From an uncultured Polyangiaceae bacterium (lineage in GTDB: Bacteria; Myxococcota_A; Polyangia; Polyangiales; Polyangiaceae): DNA of 64,000 nt. Positions 46,637 through 55,215 of the stretch are shown in pieces; within the stretch, counting starts at the first letter, position 1; every line of letters begins with the position of its first letter. The notes beneath the pieces are model-generated. The model saw only the letters and a list, made by a program, of their open reading frames with translations. It did no database searches and was not told the DNA's origin. The stretch is from positions 17,543-81,542 of the forward strand of contig CAYRKE010000009.1 in NCBI GenBank assembly GCA_964424695.1, read 5' to 3'. A program made the translations under genes and the position numbers.

Positions 46637-49618
46637 ATGCTGCTCGGGCCAAGTCTGGCCGTTCTCATCCTGGCGTGCTCTGGGAACAACCCGGTGATCG
46701 AGAGGGGCTCCGGTGACGCCACGGGTGGTACCACGGGTGCGGCGGGTACCGGCGGAGTCTACCCATCGAGCAGCGGTGGCGGAACGGGTGACGAAGTCGA
46801 TCTCGACGAAACCGGCGGCGCCGGCGATGGTTCCCAGCCCGACCCTCCCGAGGAGTATTGCGGCAATGGCACTCTGGTCGACGAGGAGGAGTGCGACGAT
46901 GGCAACACGAAGCCAGGCGATGGCTGCTCACCCCAGTGCGTGACCGAGCAATTCTTCGACTGCCCCGAGCCAGGCAAACCTTGCGTGTCGACCATCGTTT
47001 GCGGCGACCAGGAAGTGGCGGGCATCGAGGCATGCGATGATGGTAACGCCAACTCGGGCGACGGCTGTTCGGGGGACTGCCTGACGGTGGAGGCGGGTTT
47101 CACCTGTCCAACGGCGGGCGGGCTCGGCGGACCGTGCGAAGCTGTCGTCGAGGAGCGTTGTGGTGACGGTCGTCTTGCGTTCGGCGAGGGCTGCGATGAT
47201 GGGAACGACGTCGACGATGATGGTTGTTCGAACCAGTGCGTTGTGGCCGAAGGTTACGACTGCCCGCAGCCAGGACAGCGCTGCCAGTTGATCCGCTGGT
47301 GCGGCGATGGCTATCAGACTGGGTCCGAGGACTGCGACGATGGCTCAGCGGATGGCGTTCCGGTGGGCGGCGACGGCTGTTCAGCCGAATGCACGGTCGA
47401 ACCCGATTATGCGTGTCCCAATCCCGGTCAACCCTGCATATCGCTCGTGGACTGCGGTGACGGCGTTCGCGCGGGCTCCGAGACGTGCGATGACAACAAC
47501 CTCGAATCTGGTGACGGTTGTTCGGAGACTTGTTCCGTCGAGGACGGGTGGGAGTGTCCGGTCGATGCGCCGTGCCGGCCCCTGGCGTGCGGTGATGGAA
47601 TCGCCGTTGCGCTCGAGGAGTGCGACGACGGCAACCCTGACGAAGGAGACGGTTGCTCCTCATCGTGTGAGGTCGAGGAGGGGTACGCCTGTGAAGTGGG
47701 TGGGGGCCCGTGCCTGGCGACGACTTGCCACGACGGCGCCGTGGAGGGCACGGAACAGTGCGAGGACGGCAACTACGACACGGGTGATGGCTGCTCACCG
47801 TCGTGCAAGTTCGAGCCGAGCTGCGTTGACGGTGTGTGTGAACCTGTCTGTGGTGACGGTCTGAAGCTCGATTCCGAGGCGTGCGACGATGGTAATACGC
47901 GCACGGGAGACGGTTGCTCGGATGCGTGCGAAGTGGAGGCGGGTTTTACCTGCGAGGTCGAGCTCGAGACGCCGGTCCTGCCCATCGTGTATCGGGACTT
48001 CATCGGCACGTCACGCGTCGGGCGAACCACCGTGCGTGAGGGCGACAATGAAGACTTCGTTCATCCGGATTTCGAGCAGTACCTGGGCGGCTTCGGGGAT
48101 TGCGCGGACGAGGGAGAGAGCGTCGAGCCGCTCACGACCGAAGGCAAACCGGTGCTTGCGGACGCGAATGGGTGCGTGGACAGCGCGGAGACCTTCGCGC
48201 AGTGGTATCGCAGCGACCCGGAGGTGAACCGGACTATCGTCGATACGATCACCTTTAGTCCGGTAGCCGATACGGAGGGCGCGTACGAGTTCATTGACGA
48301 TGCCTTCTGGCCTCTGACGGGTCGTGGATGGAACGATCCTGCCGATCTCCAGGAGCAAACCAGGCCTGCTCAGGACTCTGCGGGGGAAGACCTCGACGAT
48401 CCCCAGAATTTCTTCTTCACCAGCGAGCTTCGTTACTGGTTCACCTACCGAGGGGGTGAGCGGCTGACCTTCTACGGGGACGATGACGTTTGGGTGTTCA
48501 TCAACGGCCATTTGGCGGTTGCCATTCCTGGAATTCATCGCCAGCGCGAGCGCTGGATCGAACTGCCGGGTGAAACGACCGAGGGTGGCACGGGCGCCCC
48601 CACGGAGAACGACGCAGACACCACTACGCTCGGCTACTACACTCCCGAAGACCTGGGCATCCAGCTCGGTGGGGTCTACGACGTCGTTGTCTACCAGGCC
48701 GAGCGACACACCACGATGTCGCAGTATCGCCTGACGCTCCAGAACTTCCTGAGCGGCCGATCGCGTTGCGCGCCGGTCTGCGGCGACGGTGTGGTGACTC
48801 GCTTCGAGGCGTGCGACCTGGGCGAGGCGAACAACACTGGGGAATACGGAACGTGTACTCCGGACTGCAAGCTTCCGCCGCGTTGCGGAGACGGACAGCT
48901 TCAAGAGGAGTACGAGGCGTGCGACGACGGGTCGAACCTCACCACGTACGACGCGAATGGAGGCGGTTGTGCACCTGGCTGCGTGCGCCCGAGCTCGTGC
49001 GGAGACGGCGTCGTCGATGGCGCCTACGGTGAAGTCTGCGACGAGGGAGCGCTCAACGGCACCGAGGGAAGCGGTTGCACCGAGACCTGCGAGCTCGCGG
49101 CATTCTGTGGCAACGGCAGCGTCGATCCCAATGAAGACTGCGACGACGGCCCGCTCAACGGCACATCGTCCAGTCAGTGTACCGAGGAGTGCACGCCGAA
49201 GTGTGGCAATGGCGTGCCGGATCCTGGCGAGGAATGTGATGACGGCGCTTCCGAGAACACCGGCGGATATGGACGCTGCACCCCGGACTGTAAGCTCGGG
49301 CCGCGCTGCGGTGATGGGATCCGCAATGGCAGCGAAGAATGTGATGACGGCGTGGACGAGAACACCGGTAGCTACGGTGGGTGCAACCCGGATTGTACCT
49401 TTGCTGGCTTCTGCGGGGACGGTGAGGTCCAGGTGCCCGCCGAGGAGTGCGATCAGGGCGACGCGAACGTCTCCACGGGGTATGGGGAAGGGCTCTGTCT
49501 GGTTGCCTCGTGCTCGGTTGCCCCATACTGTGGCGATGGCATCACTCAATCGGAGTACGATGAGCAGTGCGACGGCGGTGCGAAGTGCAGCCGATCGTGC
49601 AGATCGAGCGTCCAGTAG
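46637..49618 (+). CDS. lipoprotein with Myxococcus-type cysteine-rich repeats flanking a fibro-slime (PA14-like) domain
   Basis: ORF 46448..49618. The ATG at 46637 gives MLLGPSLAVLILAC. It has about 8 N-terminal and about 8 C-terminal CGDG...CDDGN...GDGCS repeats. The central segment is FFFTSELRYWFTYRGGERLTFYGDDDVWVFINGHLAV. Confidence 0.85.
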   Translation: MLLGPSLAVLILACSGNNPVIERGSGDATGGTTGAAGTGGVYPSSSGGGTGDEVDLDETGGAGDGSQPDPPEEYCGNGTLVDEEECDDGNTKPGDGCSPQCVTEQFFDCPEPGKPCVSTIVCGDQEVAGIEACDDGNANSGDGCSGDCLTVEAGFTCPTAGGLGGPCEAVVEERCGDGRLAFGEGCDDGNDVDDDGCSNQCVVAEGYDCPQPGQRCQLIRWCGDGYQTGSEDCDDGSADGVPVGGDGCSAECTVEPDYACPNPGQPCISLVDCGDGVRAGSETCDDNNLESGDGCSETCSVEDGWECPVDAPCRPLACGDGIAVALEECDDGNPDEGDGCSSSCEVEEGYACEVGGGPCLATTCHDGAVEGTEQCEDGNYDTGDGCSPSCKFEPSCVDGVCEPVCGDGLKLDSEACDDGNTRTGDGCSDACEVEAGFTCEVELETPVLPIVYRDFIGTSRVGRTTVREGDNEDFVHPDFEQYLGGFGDCADEGESVEPLTTEGKPVLADANGCVDSAETFAQWYRSDPEVNRTIVDTITFSPVADTEGAYEFIDDAFWPLTGRGWNDPADLQEQTRPAQDSAGEDLDDPQNFFFTSELRYWFTYRGGERLTFYGDDDVWVFINGHLAVAIPGIHRQRERWIELPGETTEGGTGAPTENDADTTTLGYYTPEDLGIQLGGVYDVVVYQAERHTTMSQYRLTLQNFLSGRSRCAPVCGDGVVTRFEACDLGEANNTGEYGTCTPDCKLPPRCGDGQLQEEYEACDDGSNLTTYDANGGGCAPGCVRPSSCGDGVVDGAYGEVCDEGALNGTEGSGCTETCELAAFCGNGSVDPNEDCDDGPLNGTSSSQCTEECTPKCGNGVPDPGEECDDGASENTGGYGRCTPDCKLGPRCGDGIRNGSEECDDGVDENTGSYGGCNPDCTFAGFCGDGEVQVPAEECDQGDANVSTGYGEGLCLVASCSVAPYCGDGITQSEYDEQCDGGAKCSRSCRSSVQ

Positions 49619-49949
49619 CCGGTAGGTTGTGGTGCACTGTGGCTCGCGCATCCAAGCGAGCCGAGACTTCAGCAGGCGTCTCCGGTCGGGGCGAGCGGGG
49701 CGCCTGTCAGCAGTCAGCAGGCACACTCGGGGTGGCGGGCTCGCCATGCGAGTGTGGTTCGTCCTGACGCTGCAGTCGGGGGGCCTCGCCCGCGGGGCGC
49801 CGGCTCGGTGCACGCGCAGCGTGTCGGCCGCTGCCCCACACGACTCTCCCGTGGTCAGGCACGCAAGATGCGTGTGGCCGTCGATGCTTCGGCGTTCTCG
49901 GGCGCCGTCGGTTCACGTCGTCGGCGGGGCGCCGCTGCGCGATATCACT

Positions 49950-49985
49950 GTTAGTGAATCGCCTTTCGTTAGCGAATCGCTTTTC
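49950..49985. repeat. two tandem 18-nt repeats; a third copy of the core lies at 50073-50089
   Basis: GTTAGTGAATCGCCTTTC / GTTAGCGAATCGCTTTTC (16/18 identical). The third copy is CTTTCGTTACGCGAATC. The core TTCGTTAGCGAA is an imperfect palindrome, TTCG-N4-CGAA. Confidence 0.85.
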
Positions 49986-50117
49986 GCTGCCTTGCCTGCC
50001 GAGGAGGGTGACTCGGGATTGTGCACGACGGGACTCCCGCACACTTGTTGGGCTCTTTTGGTGCTCCCCGTGCTTTCGTTACGCGAATCCCCCCATACCA
50101 CCGTGCGAGTGCCAACC

Positions 50118-50212
50118 GAGCGCCCACCTGCTGACAGAGCGCCCACCTGCTGACAGAGCGACCAGCTGCTGACAGAGCGACCAGCTGCTGACAGTGCAGC
50201 CGCCTGGTGACG
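50118..50212. repeat. 19-bp tandem direct repeat, 4 good copies plus 1 degenerate copy
   Basis: GAGCGCCCACCTGCTGACA x2, GAGCGACCAGCTGCTGACA x2, then GTGCAGCCGCCTGGTGACG (12/19). The period is not a multiple of 3 and the array is intergenic. Confidence 0.95.
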
Positions 50213-50383
50213 GTGTGGTGCCGAAGTCCGGGGCGATGCCTCGGTATCGTTCGTGCGGCACGCCGCACTCGGCGTCATGTCGGGTGGCGCTGCCGCTTTG
50301 CGTGGCGCATGATTACCGGTGTACGGGCGCCATCGGAGCCCTGCGAGCCCTGCGGGGTCCGGGCGACGCGAACGGAGGACACC

Positions 50384-50821
50384 ATGGAACGAATACTCGC
50401 TGCAGTGGATCTGTCCGATTCGACCGATGACATCATCAGTGCGGCCGTGTCGATGTCAGAAAAGGAGCACGCCAGGCTCTGCGTCGTTTACGTGGAGCCC
50501 GATTATCAACCGATTTCCTCAGGCATGTGGGGCGATCCGGAATACGTGCAACCGCCAGACCCGCAGGTCGGTGTGCGCGCTCTGGAGCGCATTCGGAGCG
50601 ATGTCCAGAGTCGAGGCATCGAGGTTCAATGCCTGCATCTCCACGGCTCGCCCGAGAAGGAGATCGAGCAGGTTGCGGAGGCCCTACATCCCGATCTGGT
50701 GATACTGGGGACACACGGCCGTGGCGCGATGCATCACATGTTCTTCGGCAGCGTGCGGAATCAATTCCTGCGCCACACGAAGTGCCCGGTGCTCGTCGTT
50801 CCCCATTGCGGCCAAGCCTGA
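50384..50821 (+). CDS. universal stress protein (UspA family)
   Basis: ORF 50207..50821. The ATG at 50384 follows GGAGGA. MERILAAVDLSDSTDD...LVILGTHGRGAMHHMFFGSVRNQFLRHTKCPVLVV. Confidence 0.85.
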   Translation: MERILAAVDLSDSTDDIISAAVSMSEKEHARLCVVYVEPDYQPISSGMWGDPEYVQPPDPQVGVRALERIRSDVQSRGIEVQCLHLHGSPEKEIEQVAEALHPDLVILGTHGRGAMHHMFFGSVRNQFLRHTKCPVLVVPHCGQA

Positions 50822-51285
50822 ACCCGGTGCTATCCGTTCACGCCTTGTGGTGAATTGGGCGCGATCCGTCTCGCGCGTAGGGTTGGCAGCGCGGAGGTTC
50901 CACTCGGGCGACGCCCGAGTGGACGGGCGATGGTGACTGTGGCGCGGTGCCCCCACCCACGCAACGCTACTCGGGGGGAGGCGCGCACCCCGCGCCCAGG
51001 CCGGCCTCGGGTCAGGGCCATCCGGGGTGTTGAACGCACACACCGGGTGCTCGACGGCCACGTTGACGCGGCAGGGCAGCGGATCATCAGGATTGGCCGA
51101 ACCCGATCACTCGTGACTCACCATGGAGCAGGTTGGCCTTAGGGGGGCGATTCGGTCAGAGGTTCGCTTGCTGCGCAATGACTGCGGAGGACACGCTGCT
51201 TCGAGAGGCCCGCCCCAGGCCCTGTGGGAAGCGGAAATCCGAGGTCAGGTGTTAATCCGGCCTGTGGAGGGGCGTAGTAAGGTGC

Positions 51286-51816
51286 GTGGCGCGGCACAGC
51301 GACCAGACCCTGGGACTGCAACTGCTTCGAGACTTCGGATTTCTCGACCTCGGTTTTTGCAACCGGCCCGGGTTGATCTCGACGATTCGACGATTCGTCG
51401 GCGCTTTTTTTAGCCGTTCGATACCGGACGGGAGAGCGGTCGAGCACGCGGCGCTGGCGGTCCACGAGCTTCTGGAGGGGGTCGCCGAGTATTCGACCAG
51501 TAGTGAACTCCGGCTATGCGTCGAAGTGTTTCAGGTGGGCTCGCTGCTTGGTTTCAGGATACGGGCGCAGACTCGAGTCGACGTGGACACTTACGCGCGA
51601 CTTCGTGCCGTTCTCGAGGAGCTCAACCAGGCTGCTGATCCGAGCGAAGCCTACCAAGTCGCCATGCGGGCCAGCATGGAGAGAGGGGACGGTTCCCCCA
51701 TGCGACTGGCGCGTGTGAGAGCCGAGGCGAGGATGCTTCTCTCAGTCGAGGGATACGCCGATGGCCTGCTCACCCTCGTTGCGAGCACCGAAGTCCCAGA
51801 GGGTCAGACTCGGTGA
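51286..51816 (+). CDS. hypothetical regulator-like protein (176 aa), upstream partner of the STAS-like protein
   Basis: GTG start, protein-like composition, no nucleotide-binding motif seen. Its stop overlaps the next gene's GTG (GTGA at 51813-51816). Confidence 0.5.
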   Translation: MARHSDQTLGLQLLRDFGFLDLGFCNRPGLISTIRRFVGAFFSRSIPDGRAVEHAALAVHELLEGVAEYSTSSELRLCVEVFQVGSLLGFRIRAQTRVDVDTYARLRAVLEELNQAADPSEAYQVAMRASMERGDGSPMRLARVRAEARMLLSVEGYADGLLTLVASTEVPEGQTR

Positions 51817-52217
51817 ATGCCCTCGCGATGCCGTTCGTTGCCTCGGCTGACCTCGTTGTGGCCGCGTTTGAGGTGAACGGTGGCCTTTCTCTGCGATTCA
51901 GCGGCACAGCGGACCTGCAGGTCGTCGAACAGTTGGCCGAAACCCTGTCGGTCGTTCACCAGGCGGCACATCGACTTGGGGCCAAGCGGGTCGAGGTCGA
52001 CATCACGGCTCTGGAGTTTATGAACTCCTCGTGCATCAAGTGCTTCGTGAGTTGGCTGTCCAGCGTCCAGACAGCTTGCGACGGTCCCCCCTACCGCGTC
52101 CATTTCATCTGGAATTCCAAGCTCCTCTGGCAGCGAACCAGTCTGCGAGCGATTCGCTGGATGGTGCCGGACATCGTGACCGTTGAGGGCGTTCCCGTGG
52201 GCACGGCATCGCGCTAG
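51813..52217 (+). CDS. STAS-like (anti-anti-sigma-like) domain protein
   Basis: 134 aa. ...LSLRFSGTADLQVVEQLAETL...RVEVDITALEFMNSSCIKCFVSWL... has the layout of STAS/SpoIIAA-like proteins. This is my pattern judgement and is not verified. Confidence 0.5.
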   Translation: MNALAMPFVASADLVVAAFEVNGGLSLRFSGTADLQVVEQLAETLSVVHQAAHRLGAKRVEVDITALEFMNSSCIKCFVSWLSSVQTACDGPPYRVHFIWNSKLLWQRTSLRAIRWMVPDIVTVEGVPVGTASR

Positions 52218-53082
52218 CCGTGGTGGAGCGTGGGGGTGCAGCCCACTGAGACTCGACGAATGGCTCGGTCGTCGGGCCACGATGCGATGGCCGCCCGGCT
52301 ACCCACTCGGTTCCACCCGAGCGACCGGCGACCTCGACGGGGGTGTTCAGCAGCGCTGCATTCGCCCCTCCGCCGAGAACTGCGGTTGCTAGGTCGAGCA
52401 ACGGCGTTGTCAGTGGGACTCCCACCACGCGGACGCTGCGAGAGTTCCGTACCGCGCCCGACACAGTATCAGCGATTCGGTGCTTGAGCGCTCTGGTCCG
52501 TTCGCGGTACCCGAGTTCGTCTGCGCCAACCGTGAAGCCGTGGTCCTCCTCTTGGGTCCGCTGGGGCGGCCCTAGAGCACCGATCTCTTCGCCAGCTTCT
52601 GGCGCTCGCCGAGCCGTCCCGACCCCGGATGCGGGGGCGACTCCGCTCGAGAGATGCCGAATTCTACTCGCTGGTCGGGGTTCCCTCTGCTTTGGTCGCG
52701 ACAATTCGGTTCGCCTGTGGGTGAACCGTTGGTCGCGCCAGTCGGTGAACTCACGACCATGCGGGGGCTATACAGCGCGTCGAGCAGAATGGATACTCTA
52801 CCCCTGGACTGGGTCCGGTTGAGGCCAGCGTCGGCAGGCGCACGCGGTCGAAGGGGCAGCGTGCTTCCAGGCGTTCGTTTGTGCGAATCCGGCGCGTCCC
52901 CGACGGTCATCGCACGAACATCGCACTCATCCGTCCAAGGACCGTCCATCGGCCCAAACGGTGAGCCTATTGATCCGCCCTCGCGTCTCCGGTAAGGCAT
53001 TGTTCATGGCTGATGGCGCGGCGCCTTGCCGCATGGACCAACCCCGTCAGCCAGAGTATTCGAGTTTGAGAAAGGTGCGGCA

Positions 53083-54552
53083 ATGCAGACCATCAAGCAG
53101 TTCGTTTCACCGCTGCTAGCAACCATGCTCGTCAGTGCGCCTGTGTTGGCGCAGGACGACTCAGCTTCGGCTGGCTTGTCTCTCTCAACCGACGAAGGGG
53201 TTTCGGCATCGTCTTCGGCTGACCAGGGCGCTCCTGCGGCAAACGAAGAGGCCCCGGCGGTGCCAGACTCTCGCGAGGGCAGCTACATGTCGAGGTATCG
53301 TCCCGAGTCCAATCTGCTCGAGATCGGCATGTTCTTCGGGGCGATGTTCCCCAGCGAAGATCACAATCTCCACAATGAAGACATCCCGCAGACGGCTTAT
53401 GACCCGATGGCGTTCGAGGCCGGCGTCCGTCTGGGCTACTATCCGGTTTCGTTTCTCGGGATTGAGGCAGAAGCCGCGCTGATGCCAACGGACACTGATG
53501 TCGATAAGGCTGCTGCAATCCTGTACTCCGGGCGCGGGCATCTCGTGGGTCAGCTGCCCTACTGGAGCATTACTCCCTTCGTTCTGATCGGCGGCGGAGC
53601 CCTGGGGACCAACAGCGGTCGGCTGGGCAACGACATGGATCCTGCGCTGCACTTCGGCGCAGGCGTGAAGATCCCAGCCAACGACACGGCGTTGTTCCGT
53701 CTCGACGTTCGCGACACCATGTCGCAGAAGAACGACGAGGATGATGGCGTTCAGACTCACCATCCCGAGGTACTGCTGGGCCTCACCTACACGCTCGGTC
53801 GCACCAAGAAGCCGTGTCCGTCCGCTCCCCCGGATGCTGATGCAGATGGGATCTCGGACGTTCAGGACCAGTGCCCTGGCCAGCCCGGCGAGCCGCCGAC
53901 CGGTTGTCCTCCGCCTGCGGACAGCGACGGCGACAGTGTGATCGACGCCAACGACAAGTGCCCGACCCAGGCGGGGCCGGCGCCCGAAGGCTGCCCTCCC
54001 CCTCCGGACACGGACGGTGACGGCCTCATCGACGCCAACGACAAGTGCCCCAACGAGCCCTCCAAGGAGCCTGATGGCTGCCCGAACCTCGATCCCGACG
54101 GTGATGGTATTCCGGTCGACAAGGACAAGTGTCCCGACAAGGCAGAGAACAAGAACGGGTTCGAGGACACGGACGGCTGCCCCGATGAGTTGCCCGAAGT
54201 CGTGAAGAAGTTCAACGGTGTCATGAAGGGCATCCAGTTCGAGTTCGGCAAGGCAGCGATCCGTCCGGTGTCTCGCCCCGTGCTTGACGACGCGGCAAAG
54301 ACACTCGTGGAGTATCCGGATCTCAAGATCCTCATCACCGGGCACACGGACAACGTGGGTGAGCGCGACAGGAACCTCAAGCTTTCCGGGGATCGCGCCG
54401 ATGCGGTGAAGGCCTATCTAGTCGGCAAGGGCGTGTCCGCGGATCGGATCGCTACCAAGGGCGCAGGCCCCGATGAACCCGTGGCGGACAACAAGAAGGA
54501 TGAGGGGCGAGCGCAGAACCGTCGCATCGCGTTCTCCATCGTCACTCAGTAG
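53083..54552 (+). CDS. OmpA-family outer-membrane protein with thrombospondin type-3 (Ca-binding) repeats
   Basis: ORF 53026..54552. The ATG at 53083 gives MQTIKQFVSPLLATMLVSAPVLA. It has an N-terminal barrel and five DxDxDGxxDxxDxCP repeats. The C-terminal OmpA domain reads ITGHTDNVG...LSGDRADAV...GRAQNRRIAF. Confidence 0.9.
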   Translation: MQTIKQFVSPLLATMLVSAPVLAQDDSASAGLSLSTDEGVSASSSADQGAPAANEEAPAVPDSREGSYMSRYRPESNLLEIGMFFGAMFPSEDHNLHNEDIPQTAYDPMAFEAGVRLGYYPVSFLGIEAEAALMPTDTDVDKAAAILYSGRGHLVGQLPYWSITPFVLIGGGALGTNSGRLGNDMDPALHFGAGVKIPANDTALFRLDVRDTMSQKNDEDDGVQTHHPEVLLGLTYTLGRTKKPCPSAPPDADADGISDVQDQCPGQPGEPPTGCPPPADSDGDSVIDANDKCPTQAGPAPEGCPPPPDTDGDGLIDANDKCPNEPSKEPDGCPNLDPDGDGIPVDKDKCPDKAENKNGFEDTDGCPDELPEVVKKFNGVMKGIQFEFGKAAIRPVSRPVLDDAAKTLVEYPDLKILITGHTDNVGERDRNLKLSGDRADAVKAYLVGKGVSADRIATKGAGPDEPVADNKKDEGRAQNRRIAFSIVTQ

Positions 54553-54577
54553 CCGTCACAGAGTTGCAGTCGGCGGA

Positions 54578-54612
54578 GCTCGCTCGCGATTCCTCTCGGT
54601 TCGCGAGCGAGC
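54578..54612 (+). other. perfect 12-bp stem hairpin downstream of the ompA-like gene
   Basis: GCTCGCTCGCGA, an 11-nt loop, then TCGCGAGCGAGC. Confidence 0.8.
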
Positions 54613-54652
54613 GAGAGGTCAGCCTCTTGGGGCTGAGCCCTCCACGGCCGAA

Positions 54653-54686
54653 GAAAAGCCAGCCGATGTGCTGGCTTTTCTGGCTT
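54653..54686 (+). terminator. rho-independent terminator candidate
   Basis: GAAAAGCCAGC-cgatgt-GCTGGCTTTTC followed by TGGCTTTG. It is the third of three consecutive hairpins after the stop at 54552. Confidence 0.55.
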
Positions 54687-54714
54687 TGTCCGGCAGACTA
54701 CAGCAACTAGAGCC

Positions 54715-55215
54715 ATGGGTCGACGGTACGGTAAGGACGCTCTGCGAAAGCTGCGGCAGCATCGGTTGGATGAGCAGCGAGGGCGATTGGCTGCGGCTGT
54801 TGCGGCGACAGGAAGGGCTAGCGCTGCTCTCGGGGATGCCGAGTCCGCACGACGGCGATTCGAGGTTCGTCAGCGCGAGTCCGAACTGGAAGAGAGAGCC
54901 CGCCTCTCGACAGGGCTGAACCATGGGTTCGACTTTGCCGTGTTCGAGGCTTGGCGTCAGGATGCTCTGGAGGCGCTCGATGGGTTACGTGCCGCCGAGG
55001 TGCGTGCGAAACGGGCACTTGCAGCTGCTATGGAGCAGGAGGCCGCCGCGAGCCATGGGTTGGCTGGGGCCGAAGCCGAGCTGAAGGCGCTGGAGAAGGA
55101 TTACGAGCAATGGCTGGATGCGCAGCGTTCTCGGGCGGAGCGCGCCGCGGACGAAGAACGCGACGAGCATTGGATCTCGCGCGCACTGGCGAGCCAGGGT
55201 CAGGTGAGGGCGTGA
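54715..55215 (+). CDS. coiled-coil protein (166 aa), Arg/Glu/Ala-rich
   Basis: Heptad-like, highly charged sequence. Its stop overlaps the GTG of the next gene (GTGA at 55212-55215). Confidence 0.5.
   Translation: MGRRYGKDALRKLRQHRLDEQRGRLAAAVAATGRASAALGDAESARRRFEVRQRESELEERARLSTGLNHGFDFAVFEAWRQDALEALDGLRAAEVRAKRALAAAMEQEAAASHGLAGAEAELKALEKDYEQWLDAQRSRAERAADEERDEHWISRALASQGQVRA

Noticed and set aside
50059-50074. Sigma-54-like GG-N10-GC elements at 50059-50074 (TGGTGCTCCCCGTGCT), 42927-42942 (TGGCATGGTTCGAGCC) and 9458-9473 (TGGCATTGCGCCCGCT).
   Set aside because: Each has 3-4 mismatches to TGGCAC-N5-TTGCW, and such matches are expected by chance in GC-rich DNA. They are not reported as promoters.
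50118-50212. Possibility that the 19-bp tandem array is a CRISPR array.
   Set aside because: The units abut directly with no spacers, the unit is only 19 bp, and no cas genes are present in the window.
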